Assembly: GCA_035509435.1 (NCBI GenBank)
Contig: DATJLR010000001.1
Coordinates: forward strand, 58,732-122,731
DNA: 64,000 nucleotides
DNA from: Minisyncoccota bacterium
Lineage (GTDB): Bacteria > Patescibacteriota > Minisyncoccia > UBA6257 > 2-01-FULL-56-20
Direction: 5' to 3'
Shown here: positions 47,392 through 56,950 of the stretch, piece after piece
How positions within the stretch are numbered: position 1 is the stretch's first letter
How the letters are laid out: each line of letters starts with the position of its first letter
The notes under the pieces: generated by a model
Told to the model about the DNA's origin: nothing
What the model saw: only the letters and a program-made list of their open reading frames with translations
Databases searched by the model: none
Made by a program: the position numbers and the translations under genes

Positions 47392-48480
47392 CTATAATAT
47401 TCCGCCGAGAGAAGGGATGGTGACCGGAGGAACCGACGGCGCGCTCACATTGGTCCCGGCACCGGCGCTACCGCCCGCGGCGGCCCCGCTGCCATCTCCA
47501 CCGCCGGAGGAGGAAGCCGAAGAAGATGAGGTGCCCCGGATGGTCGTCGATGCGGTGCCGATGATGGGCGGCGTAACCGTGGCATTCGCCGTAGCCGTAG
47601 TGGACGCCGTGATGCCGATCGAGGGGGTGGAAACGCTCGGCACCGCGGTGACCGCGCCGCTTCCGGTTCCCGTTGCGGCGTCGCCGTTCCCCCCATAATG
47701 ATGCCCGTGCCCGCGGGAATCACCGGGGGTGATCGGCTCTACGGAATTCACGGTGGTGCTCGCAGCGCCGCCCTCCGTATTTCCGTCGCGGGGACTATCG
47801 CTGCCGCATTGCGCATTGAACTGCGCGAGAATGCTCGGATGGAGAACGAGGTCGCCCTCAAGATGGCCAAAGAGGACGCTTGATGTGCTCTTCGTAAATG
47901 CCGCGCAGAAGACGCCCACGGAACCCGCCGTGCCATTCCCCGCGCCGCTCTTTGTGTTGCCATCGCCCGGATTCGAAGAGGGCGAGCTGCTTGCTGCGGC
48001 GAGCGAGCTGCTGATCTCCGAGTCGAGGTCTACCGTGAGCCGCGGGATCAGCGTGCTTGAAGGATGCTGCACTTGCAGCGCATCGATCTCGTTGGCACGC
48101 TGTACGGCGAAAGTCGCCTGCAGCTGCGCTTTTGCCTGAGCCGGCGCGACCGCAAGCTGAACGTTCTCGACAAGCCGCTTCAAAGGATAGAGCGGGTTCG
48201 TCGGAGAAACGTTCCCGGCGGTCGCCGCATAAGCGGACATCCCGAACGCGATCGCGATCGCGGCGACCGTGCCCGTGCCAACCCTCAAGAAGAGCGTCCA
48301 TCCGGAAAGACGCGCCGACGGCCGGACGCCGGACGCGGCGCCTGCGCCCGCGGCAAGCGGGCTCGCGTCAAAAGCCGCCAGGAAGCGCTGCTTTCCTTGC
48401 GTTAAAAATTCTTTGCGCGGCTGAAGGCTTTTTTTCGCCTCCGTCGGCAATTTTTTATTTTTGAAAATCGGGTATTTCAT
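47392..48480 (-). CDS. Putative membrane-anchored anti-sigma-factor-like protein with a low-complexity Ser/Thr/Gly-rich extracytoplasmic tail
   Basis: Four-nt overlap with the upstream ECF sigma gene. One TM helix. No recognizable anti-sigma motif, so the call rests on position. Confidence 0.4.
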   Translation of the reverse strand: MKYPIFKNKKLPTEAKKSLQPRKEFLTQGKQRFLAAFDASPLAAGAGAASGVRPSARLSGWTLFLRVGTGTVAAIAIAFGMSAYAATAGNVSPTNPLYPLKRLVENVQLAVAPAQAKAQLQATFAVQRANEIDALQVQHPSSTLIPRLTVDLDSEISSSLAAASSSPSSNPGDGNTKSGAGNGTAGSVGVFCAAFTKSTSSVLFGHLEGDLVLHPSILAQFNAQCGSDSPRDGNTEGGAASTTVNSVEPITPGDSRGHGHHYGGNGDAATGTGSGAVTAVPSVSTPSIGITASTTATANATVTPPIIGTASTTIRGTSSSSASSSGGGDGSGAAAGGSAGAGTNVSAPSVPPVTIPSLGGIL

Positions 48481-49058
48481 GTTTGGTCAAATTCCTTGTG
48501 GATCTTTTCCCTGAGGCGGAGCGCCGCGACGCGGAGCGTGCCTTCCGGCTTCCCCAACACGCGGGCGATGTCCTTATATGACATCTCGGCGGCGAACCGC
48601 AGTTCAAAGAGCTCCTGCTCCTCCTCGCTGAACGTGCCGATGACCGACCGCAGCTTCCGGTAAACGAGAACACTGTCGGTGTCGGGGATCTCCCCCACCA
48701 CCATCGCCGCAACTTCGTCCTCTTCAAAGCGCGAAAAGGGCGTCGCGGTCTTCTTCCGGTAGTGGTCAACGAGCGCGTTGCGCGCCATCCGCCAAAACCA
48801 TACCGTGAACCTCCCCTTTTTGGGGTCGAAACTGTCGACATGATCGAGAAGCTTTATGAATATCTCCTGCGAAAGGTCCTCGGCGACCTCTCGGGACCCG
48901 GTGCGGGAAAAGATGAATCCATACAGCTTGGGGGCGAGGTCGTCGTAAAGCTTTCCCGCGGCCGCGCGGTTGCCTTTTTTCATCTTCGCCACCAGTCCGT
49001 CCAGTTGTTCGTGTTGTAAATCTTTTAACTCCATAGAAGCATACGAATAGCGCCGCAA
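48477..49058 (-). CDS. ECF-type RNA polymerase sigma factor (sigma-70 regions 2 and 4)
   Basis: Region-2-like FIKLLDHVDSFDPKKGRFTVWFWRMARNALVDHYRK and region-4 HTH ELRFAAEMSYKDIARVLGKPEGTLRVAALRLREK. The start is likely the internal MELKD (49034). Confidence 0.8.
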   Translation of the reverse strand: MRRYSYASMELKDLQHEQLDGLVAKMKKGNRAAAGKLYDDLAPKLYGFIFSRTGSREVAEDLSQEIFIKLLDHVDSFDPKKGRFTVWFWRMARNALVDHYRKKTATPFSRFEEDEVAAMVVGEIPDTDSVLVYRKLRSVIGTFSEEEQELFELRFAAEMSYKDIARVLGKPEGTLRVAALRLREKIHKEFDQT

Positions 49059-49122
49059 AGCGTTACTATCATACTACCACGGGAATACGTCAAGTGGATG
49101 GGACGGAACGCCCCGAATACGC

Positions 49123-50676
49123 CTATTGCAACTCAAGGAACGGGTCAAGATAGTCTACCGCGATGCCGCCGAACGCCGTATCCGAAGCGAACGCCTGATT
49201 GATGGCGGCGATCTGCCCGAAGAGCGCAACGCGCGAGGTGCCGTAGAACGTCACATAGCTCGGCGACACCGGCCCCGTTTCCTGCGCGATCAGCACCCTG
49301 ACGTTCGAGGGGTCCGCATCCTCGACCTCCTGCGCGGAGAGTGCGATCGCGCTGTCCGCGCCCGTGGCAAAATTGCGGTACGCCATTTCTATGATGCGCC
49401 CGTCGCCGGGGGGAAGCTCGTTCAAAAGGCGTACGATCTGGCGATACGTGTAGTCGGTGACGCCATCCACCGTCACTTGCGGCGTCCACCCCTCGTTCTC
49501 GTCGTAGAAAAGCGGCACGACGATGGTAAGCGGGGTGCGGTCGCTTTTATCTATCTGCACAAGCTGGTCGACGAGCGACACGTACTGCGTGAGCACGGTC
49601 CCTTCGTCGCTGTCGTATTGCGGCAGGAGATACGGCTCAATATCGAACTGCACGCCGCGGAATTTTATCGAGTGCGATGCATTATACTCTTCCACAAAGG
49701 CCAGGATGTCCGCCGGCTTCCATGTGTTCGCCGGCTCCGCCCAGTCCTTTGAACCGGCTTCCGCATCGACGGCGATGCCCTTTGCCGCGGCGAGCGATAA
49801 AAATTCCGCAACCGAACTGTCGAAGGCGGCGATATTCGCGGTATTCAAATAACCATCGACGGTAATGTAGATCGCATTGAACTTGTTCTCTGCTGCTTCG
49901 TTCACCACCTGTTCCATCTGTGCCTGCGTCATCTGGTCCGGCGATGTCCATACCCATACGCCTGCTTCTTCGTTCTCTGCGAGCGGTATGGCGGTAAGCG
50001 GCGCGACGATCGCAGAAACGGTCGCGCCCTGGCCCGGCGCCGTCGATGCTGGCGCGGACACGGAAGGTGGCGTCACTCCGGCGAGCGAATTACTGCACGC
50101 GTCGACTCCGTTATCCGCGGACAGACACGCCTCATCCGTGACGGCGCTCGCGGCAAGCGGCGCCGTGCGGTCCGTCACGAGAGAAATATCCACCTCCTTT
50201 CCCGGCGCAAGATTCCCGAGCTGCCAGTAATAGCCGTCGGCAGTGGCTGACGGCGCGGAAGAGGCATACGTCTCGTCCTGCGCATAGTACACCGACACGC
50301 TCGCAGACTGGCATGTTGCCTCGCCGATATTCTTTGCCGCAAGCGTATAATCGACATCACCGACGGACTGGAGCGCCCCTTCCGTCAAAATAAAGTCCAG
50401 GCTCAACTGGCATCCGGGATAGCCGGACGGCGGAGCGGAGGATGTTGCAGGAGGGGTCGCGGTGACAGGAGGAACCGCCTCCACCGATGTCACAGCGGTC
50501 GTCGGCTGGAGGGAAAGGCCGGTGTCGATCTCCTGCTGTCCCGGCGGAGAGGGCGCAGCCGAAGGTGCCGGCCGCTTTTCCACGAAGAGCGCAATGACGG
50601 CGACCAAAAAAATGCCTATGAGGAGGCCGCACGCGATGGCGATCTTTTTCTTGTGGGAAAGAAACAGTTTTCGCAT
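49123..50676 (-). CDS. Membrane-anchored extracytoplasmic protein with a putative glycoside-hydrolase-like TIM-barrel domain
   Basis: N-terminal TM helix, a Pro/Ala/Ser/Thr linker, then a C-terminal domain of about 300 aa (VWVWTSPDQ...NAIYITVDGY...VQFDIEPY) with GH-like character. Lies immediately downstream of the GT2 gene. Confidence 0.35.
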   Translation of the reverse strand: MRKLFLSHKKKIAIACGLLIGIFLVAVIALFVEKRPAPSAAPSPPGQQEIDTGLSLQPTTAVTSVEAVPPVTATPPATSSAPPSGYPGCQLSLDFILTEGALQSVGDVDYTLAAKNIGEATCQSASVSVYYAQDETYASSAPSATADGYYWQLGNLAPGKEVDISLVTDRTAPLAASAVTDEACLSADNGVDACSNSLAGVTPPSVSAPASTAPGQGATVSAIVAPLTAIPLAENEEAGVWVWTSPDQMTQAQMEQVVNEAAENKFNAIYITVDGYLNTANIAAFDSSVAEFLSLAAAKGIAVDAEAGSKDWAEPANTWKPADILAFVEEYNASHSIKFRGVQFDIEPYLLPQYDSDEGTVLTQYVSLVDQLVQIDKSDRTPLTIVVPLFYDENEGWTPQVTVDGVTDYTYRQIVRLLNELPPGDGRIIEMAYRNFATGADSAIALSAQEVEDADPSNVRVLIAQETGPVSPSYVTFYGTSRVALFGQIAAINQAFASDTAFGGIAVDYLDPFLELQ

Positions 50677-50706
50677 AAGGACATCATATCATCCCGCCGC
50701 GCGGAG

Positions 50707-52071
50707 CTACCGCACATTCCCCTCCAGCACCCCGTGCCGCTGCCATCGCTGCCATCGCAGCTCTTCTTTCTTTATCGCGCCGGAAACCGATTTCATAAGG
50801 GCGTTGTGTTCCACGTAACTGGTGACGTAGAAAAGCATCCATGCGATCGGCGCCACGAGAAAGAACGGCAGCTTCTTGATATGGCTGCGCGCGTCGAAAA
50901 GCTGGACGATGAACATGGAGTTCACGACCACGATGCCCGAAAAGAACGACGAGAAATCGCTCGTCCACAGCGAATATATATAGAGGAACAGCAGGAAGAA
51001 CAGTTCACCGAAAAGCTGGACGTCGCCGAAGACGGCGAACGGAAGGATGACGAACGTGAGCGCAAAGCTCATCCCCTCTCCGTTGTTGAAAAAGAGGCCG
51101 CGATGTTCCCAGAACGTGCGGAAGCGGCCGCGCTTCCACCGGAGCCGCTGCTTCATAAGGCCCTCGATATCGCTCGCTCCCTCGGTATATACGATGGCAT
51201 TCGCGGCGTAGACGATACGCATACCCGCCGCCTGGATGCGCACGGAGAAGTCAATGTCTTCGGTGATGTGGCCCGTATCGTAGAGCCCCACTTTTTCGAA
51301 CACCTCACGCCGGAACGCGCCTGCCGCGCCGCCGATGATGTAGATCGTGTTCATAAGCGAATCCGCTTTCTTGAAATAGAAGGAAAAAAGGAATTCGAGA
51401 TACTGGATCGTGCCGATGAGCGTCCCCGTGTTGCCGATCTTCACATTGCCCACTGCGGCCATTACCTTCGGGTCGACGAACTGTTTTACAAAGTTCTCCA
51501 CTGCGGTCGGCGTCACATAACAGTCCGCATCGATCGTCATTATGATCTCGCCGCCCGAAAGGCGGATCCCTTCGTTCAGCGCGCTGCCCTTGCCGCCATT
51601 CCCCTTGTAACGATAGACGAGGCGGCGGTTCGGGTGCGCCGCCGCAGATGCTTCGTATTCTTTTTGGAATGCGCGGATGACCGCGTCGGAATTATCGGTC
51701 GATCCGTCGTTCACGACGACCACCTCCAAAGACCCCCGATAGGAATTTTCGAGCGCCGAGCGCATCGTCCTCACGATCCCCACCTCCTCGTTCCACGCCG
51801 GGATGACGATGGAGACATCGGGCCGGTACGCAAGGATCTCATCGCGGAACTTCCGGTTGCGCCGGGCCGCCCATACGTCGTATATCGGGCTCAGCATCAT
51901 ATACACGAAATATTTCGTGAGAAGGACCGACGCGAAGAAAATGATCACCGCCCGGACGAACGGGAACGTATCGTGGGGCGTCGGATGGAGGATGAACGGC
52001 GAAAAGATGATGGCCGCATTCACCACGTACAAAACCGCATATATGGGATATTTCGCGTAAGAATGCCGCAT
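50707..52071 (-). CDS. Family 2 glycosyltransferase, processive synthase type (PgaC / cellulose-synthase-like)
   Basis: VVNDGSTDNS (DxD), TIDADC, TEDIDFSVR, QRLRWKRG (QxxRW). N- and C-terminal TM helices. Confidence 0.8.
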   Translation of the reverse strand: MRHSYAKYPIYAVLYVVNAAIIFSPFILHPTPHDTFPFVRAVIIFFASVLLTKYFVYMMLSPIYDVWAARRNRKFRDEILAYRPDVSIVIPAWNEEVGIVRTMRSALENSYRGSLEVVVVNDGSTDNSDAVIRAFQKEYEASAAAHPNRRLVYRYKGNGGKGSALNEGIRLSGGEIIMTIDADCYVTPTAVENFVKQFVDPKVMAAVGNVKIGNTGTLIGTIQYLEFLFSFYFKKADSLMNTIYIIGGAAGAFRREVFEKVGLYDTGHITEDIDFSVRIQAAGMRIVYAANAIVYTEGASDIEGLMKQRLRWKRGRFRTFWEHRGLFFNNGEGMSFALTFVILPFAVFGDVQLFGELFFLLFLYIYSLWTSDFSSFFSGIVVVNSMFIVQLFDARSHIKKLPFFLVAPIAWMLFYVTSYVEHNALMKSVSGAIKKEELRWQRWQRHGVLEGNVR

Positions 52072-52352
52072 GGAGGGTCATACGAACGCATGAATGATGC
52101 GTTACGTAACGCCACGCAGGGGCTCATCCGTTCTATACCCCGTAATGTCTTCATTTGCTGAAATGAAAATGGTCTTCTTTACGTGCGCGTTCGTCCTCTC
52201 GATCGCCGCATCACTCTTCGCAATAGTATATCTCTCCGGGCTTTTCACGAACGGCGCCTATAAGGCGGTCGTGTGGTTCCTCGCGCTTATCCTTGACGCG
52301 AACATCACGAGCAAATACCTGCGATGGGTGCTCCTTCACTGAACCGCCGCCG

Positions 52353-54089
52353 ATGAACATACGCACATTCCTTGCAAAAGATGAGCCTGCCGCCGCGGGG
52401 CGCGGAACGGTCGCCGACCGTTGTTTTGTTTTTGCATGCACGGTGCTCTTCTATCTTTTCTCCAACCTGCTCATTACCGGCATCGCCTTCCTTTTGTACG
52501 GACGGATGACGGTCGCGATAGAGATCGCCTCCATGGTGCTCACCGCAGGATTCGCCTATTTTTTCTGCAAGCCGTTCTTCCCGCACGCCCGGGCGGCCGC
52601 GGTCGGGATATTGCTCGCCGCGATCGCGCTCTTTGCGGCGGCCATCCTCCTGAACGCGCCGGTCTATGATATTTCCTACGACGGGCAGACATATCAGCAA
52701 GAGGCGGTCATCCAGCTTTCGAACGGCTGGAATCCGGTCTACCAGGACCTGGCGAACGAGGTGATCGGCGGCGACAGCAAGTGGATCAACTATTATCCGA
52801 AGAGCTCGTGGATCAATGAAAGCTATATCTACCTCCTCACCCACGCAGAACGAACGGCGAAGGCGCTGAACGCCGTGCTCATCATTGTCTCGATCGTGCT
52901 GGTTTACGTCGCGCTTACCGACACAGGCCTTTTGGGCAGCTTCAACGCATGGGTGGTAAGCATCATCCTTGGGTGCAATCCCATCAGTTTCAACCAGATA
53001 TTCAGTTTCTACGTGGACGGCCAACTGATGTCGCTTCTCTTGTGCATATGCGCCGCGGGGATGATCATGTACGCCGGCAAGCGCCGATGGGGGTTTGTGC
53101 CGCTCTTTCTCGCCCTTCCCGCATTCATCAACCTTAAATTCACCGGCCTCGTGGACGCGATCATCATCCTTTTCGTCCTCGTGCTCGCGCTCTGGATGAA
53201 GCGGGTGGAGATCGCGACGCTGAAAGCGTTGGCGGTCGGCGCGGCGGCGATCGCGATCGGCGTCCTCGTGATCGGCGCGAGCCCGTACATCACGAACGTC
53301 GTCCGCTACGGGACGCCGTTCTATCCGCTCTACGGCCCGAACGCGATCGACCTCAAGCCGTACAATGTCCCCGGAAACTTCCTCGACAAGAGCTCGCCGG
53401 AGATCCTCTTCCTCTCCATGTTCACGCAATCAGGCGACCTCAAAGAGGCCGGGACGACGGCGCCGTACAAGCTGCCCTTCACTTATTCCCCCGGCGAACT
53501 CGTTGCGTTCCGTTATCCGGACCCCGTGGAGGGCGGCTTCGGGCCGCTTTTCGGCGGAGCGGTGATCCTCACCGTCTTCGCGCTTGCGCTCTATTACCTG
53601 TGGGCGCGCAGGCAGCACGGCGGGAAGAATTACCGGCGCACGTTCTGGGGCGCTGCGTGGCTCATGCTCGCCGCGGTCGTGATGTGCGTGGTAAACCCGA
53701 TCTCGTCGCTCGCGCGGTACGTCCCGCAGGCATACTTCATCGTGATGATCCCGATCATCCTCCTTCTCGCCACGCGGCGCGCGTGGTCCCGTGTCGCCGC
53801 ATATGCCATCATCGCCCTCCTCGCCGCGAACAGCTGGATCATCGGCTCCACGTATGTCTCATATAATCTCCGGACGTCGCGCGCCATCGCGGCGGATCTC
53901 GCGTCGCTCGCGGCGGAATCGAAAACGGAATCTGTCCTTGTGTATTTCAACGAGTTCCGCTCCACGCGCGTGATGCTCGCCGAAGCGGGGGTGCGATACA
54001 CCGCCACCAATAATCCCGACTCGTGCCTGAAGGGTTTCCAATACTTGCTCCCCGAAAACACAACGGAGTTCTGTGTCACGAGCGGATGA
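52353..54089 (+). CDS. Large polytopic membrane protein (about 12 TM; possible GT-C-like glycosyltransferase or polysaccharide-related). The start is likely the internal M.
   Basis: Many TM helices with loop regions. Divergent from the GT2 cluster. Confidence 0.45.
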   Translation: MNIRTFLAKDEPAAAGRGTVADRCFVFACTVLFYLFSNLLITGIAFLLYGRMTVAIEIASMVLTAGFAYFFCKPFFPHARAAAVGILLAAIALFAAAILLNAPVYDISYDGQTYQQEAVIQLSNGWNPVYQDLANEVIGGDSKWINYYPKSSWINESYIYLLTHAERTAKALNAVLIIVSIVLVYVALTDTGLLGSFNAWVVSIILGCNPISFNQIFSFYVDGQLMSLLLCICAAGMIMYAGKRRWGFVPLFLALPAFINLKFTGLVDAIIILFVLVLALWMKRVEIATLKALAVGAAAIAIGVLVIGASPYITNVVRYGTPFYPLYGPNAIDLKPYNVPGNFLDKSSPEILFLSMFTQSGDLKEAGTTAPYKLPFTYSPGELVAFRYPDPVEGGFGPLFGGAVILTVFALALYYLWARRQHGGKNYRRTFWGAAWLMLAAVVMCVVNPISSLARYVPQAYFIVMIPIILLLATRRAWSRVAAYAIIALLAANSWIIGSTYVSYNLRTSRAIAADLASLAAESKTESVLVYFNEFRSTRVMLAEAGVRYTATNNPDSCLKGFQYLLPENTTEFCVTSG

Positions 54090-54170
54090 GAATAAAAAAA
54101 TGGAGCCCTCCTGTAAAGAGCTCCGACCGAAAAGAAAAGAAAAGGAATAATGAACCATCCGTTGGATGCG

Positions 54171-54551
54171 CTATGCGGCTTTTGAAATGTCGGCGTCCCG
54201 GTTGAGTTCGGGATCTGAAGCATTATGGAAGACGATGTCGCCCTCCATGGTCTCAGGGTCGCATTCCGCACTGAAGAGGAATGTGTGATCGGGGCCGTTC
54301 TCCACGGCACCGACGACGAGGATCCTGTTTGACCGGGTGGGCGCAATGACGCACACGCGCCCTTTGAACTTTGCCGACTTTCCCTTCGGAGAGAGCGGTG
54401 CGGGCCGTGCAAGCCGGAACTCCAGCACCGCGTTCCTGTTTTTTGAGTCGTGTAAAAGCTTTGGCGCGGGACACTTTTTAAGTGTCCCCTGAAATTGGCT
54501 TGCCTTCGCAAGAAGCTGCATGCCGCGGCTTCCTTTGAGAGAGGTGGCCAT
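54171..54551 (-). CDS. Hypothetical protein
   Basis: 126 aa. A PilZ assignment was considered but the RxxxR / DxSxxG motifs are not convincing. Confidence 0.3.
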   Translation of the reverse strand: MATSLKGSRGMQLLAKASQFQGTLKKCPAPKLLHDSKNRNAVLEFRLARPAPLSPKGKSAKFKGRVCVIAPTRSNRILVVGAVENGPDHTFLFSAECDPETMEGDIVFHNASDPELNRDADISKAA

Positions 54552-54777
54552 GGGGGAAACCTCCGAGACTGGATTTTTCGTTCTTTTTTTCCTTTGGGAA
54601 CCTTACATTGATACGAGAGGGTCTTTAAAAATGTTGCCGGCGGCGTCCTGTAATATTCCGCGCGACGACCCGTATCATTCTGCGACGGGCAGGCAGCAAC
54701 ATGCCGCCTCCCCCGCCATCCGCTCCCTTCCGCGGTCGGCCCAACCCATAATAAAACAAACCAAATGAGAAAAACAC

Positions 54778-55605
54778 ATGTCCAAAAAGATCATGCTTAT
54801 GGCCGCAGGCATAGCGGCACTCGGGCTTATGGCGGGCATGAACGTTCCCGCGCAGGCGCAGACGTCCTCGTCATCTCCCGCAACCACTATAACGACGACC
54901 GTCTCGACGTCAGCGGGGGGAGAAACATCTACCGTTACGAACTCTACGACGTATTCGACTGGCTCCACGACTTCTCCCACTGAATCGGGATCCGGGTATT
55001 TGCAAATGAACGGCCTTGTGGTGACGGCGGTGTCGTCATCGTCGGCGCCAACGGAGATCTACGCAGCAAGTCCTGCATACCCCATACTGACCGCCTCCGG
55101 ATCCGCAATGGCGACCACGACCGTTCCCGCATCCATGATGTGCGAATCGTTCGCCACGGATAGCGCTCCGGTCGGAACCAATGTCGGCTGCCCCATTCCG
55201 GCGCTCGCGCCGATCCTCGTGACAACGAATGCGACGGCAAGCTCCTCTTCTTCTTCAAGCACGCCGGTGACCTACTACAGCCCATACACCCTGATCATCG
55301 GTCCGACGACACAGTTGCTCCTTGCCGGACGGTCGAACGCAACGCTCGCCAACTTTACGGCAGGCGACATAGTGAACGCCTATGGCTACTATGACAGCGC
55401 GAGCGGCATCATGAACGCCGAGATCGTCCGCGACCTTTCAAAGCCCGTGGGCACGAACGCGACATCCGTTTCTGCGTCCGTAAGCGCGGCCACTTCATCC
55501 GCGATGGCGACCCTTCAGGCAGACCTTGCGCAGCTGGAAGCTCTCGTGAACCAATTACAGGCACAGGTGACAGGCACTGTCTCCTCGTCCGCAACGGCGC
55601 AATAA
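54778..55605 (+). CDS. Secreted Ser/Thr-rich low-complexity protein
   Basis: Signal peptide MSKKIMLMAAGIAALGLMAGMNVPAQA followed by an S/T/A-rich body. Confidence 0.5.
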   Translation: MSKKIMLMAAGIAALGLMAGMNVPAQAQTSSSSPATTITTTVSTSAGGETSTVTNSTTYSTGSTTSPTESGSGYLQMNGLVVTAVSSSSAPTEIYAASPAYPILTASGSAMATTTVPASMMCESFATDSAPVGTNVGCPIPALAPILVTTNATASSSSSSSTPVTYYSPYTLIIGPTTQLLLAGRSNATLANFTAGDIVNAYGYYDSASGIMNAEIVRDLSKPVGTNATSVSASVSAATSSAMATLQADLAQLEALVNQLQAQVTGTVSSSATAQ

Positions 55606-55654
55606 CGGCGACCGCCCCGCTGCTGATATAAAAAGCGCCCCCAAGGGGCGCTTT

Positions 55655-56686
55655 TTATATCAGCTCATCGTAGCCTTTTATCTTAAGATGCCGGTATGCC
55701 GCGGGAAGGACGATGCGACCTGCGGACGATCGCTGGAGAAAGCCGAGCGTCATTAGATACGGTTCGTAGATGTCCTCGATCACGCCGCGATCCGCCGCAA
55801 GCGCGGCGGCGATAGTGTTGATGCCCACCGGGCCGCCATGGAATTTCTCTATAATCGTCATCAAAAGCTCGCGGTCCTGCGGCTCCAGGCCGACCTCGTC
55901 GATCTCGAGCATCGCAAGCGTCTTCCGGGCGGCGTCCTCGTCGATGACGCGTTCGCCGTGCACTTCGGCAAAGTCGCGCGCGCGGCGCAGGAGCCGGTTC
56001 GCCACGCGCGGCGTCCCGCGCGACGCCCGCGCAAGGATGTCGATCGCCTCCGGCTTCGCTTCCACTCCCAAGATCGCCGCCGAGCGCTTCAATATTTTTT
56101 TGATGTCGTCAGGCGTGTAATAGCCGAGGCGGAGCGTCGCTCCAAAGCGCGATCGCAGCGGCTGCGACAAAAGATTCTCGCGCGTCGTCGCGGCGATGAG
56201 CGTGAACGGCGGCAGGTCGAGCGAGAGCGTCCGCGCCGACGGCCCCTTTCCGACAACGAGATGCAGCTTGCGCGCTTCCATCGCGGGATACAGCACCTCT
56301 TCGATCATCGGGTTCACGCGATGCGCTTCGTCGATAAATAATATTTCCCCCGGTGTAAGATTGGTGAGCACCGCGGCAAGATCGCCCGCTTTCTCAAGCG
56401 CGGGGCCGGACGTCGTCTTGATCATTCCGCCGAGCTCCCGCGCGACGAGGTATGCAAGCGTCGTCTTGCCAAGGCCGGCCGGCCCGGAAAACAAAAGATG
56501 GTCCGCCGCCTCTCCGCGCGCTTTCGCCGCGCTCAGGATCGTCTTCAGGTTGTCCTTGATCTTTTCCTGGCCAATGTACTCGTCCCACTCGGTAGGCCGG
56601 AGGGTGAGGTCGATGTTCAGGTCTTCTTTGTTGTTTTGCGGAGAGGCTTTTGGCATGGTTTTGGGGGATTTATAGGGTCTTGACAA
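55655..56686 (-). CDS. ruvB: Holliday junction DNA helicase RuvB
   Basis: GPAGLGKTTLA, ILFIDEAHR and the winged-helix C-terminus. Confidence 0.9.
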   Translation of the reverse strand: MSRPYKSPKTMPKASPQNNKEDLNIDLTLRPTEWDEYIGQEKIKDNLKTILSAAKARGEAADHLLFSGPAGLGKTTLAYLVARELGGMIKTTSGPALEKAGDLAAVLTNLTPGEILFIDEAHRVNPMIEEVLYPAMEARKLHLVVGKGPSARTLSLDLPPFTLIAATTRENLLSQPLRSRFGATLRLGYYTPDDIKKILKRSAAILGVEAKPEAIDILARASRGTPRVANRLLRRARDFAEVHGERVIDEDAARKTLAMLEIDEVGLEPQDRELLMTIIEKFHGGPVGINTIAAALAADRGVIEDIYEPYLMTLGFLQRSSAGRIVLPAAYRHLKIKGYDELI

Positions 56687-56950
56687 ATAATATTCTATAT
56701 GCTAACATATCCCAGTATCCAATATAACAGGACCTTTCACAAGTAGCTGATTCAGATCTGGGGGCGGGAATTATTTCTAAAAATTACAGGACTGACCGGT
56801 TCCGGCTGGTCATATCCTTTGAGTAATTCTAGCCTCTTTTATCATTAGATAGAAGAGATCATTATCCTTTCGCGAGGAATTGCCCCCAGGTCTGAGTCTA
56901 CTACGTTTCGAAAATAAGCGCCCGCGCTTATTTTTTTATTTCTCCCGCTC

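Noticed and set aside
50653-52161. 502-aa plus-strand ORF overlapping the GT2 gene, and the 374-aa minus ORF (52305..53429) overlapping the 12-TM gene
   Set aside because: Opposite strands carry unmistakable GT2 motifs and TM architecture. These are GC-driven shadow ORFs.
54171-54551. PilZ-domain assignment for the 126-aa protein
   Set aside because: The RxxxR and (D/N)xSxxG motifs are not convincingly present. Kept as hypothetical.
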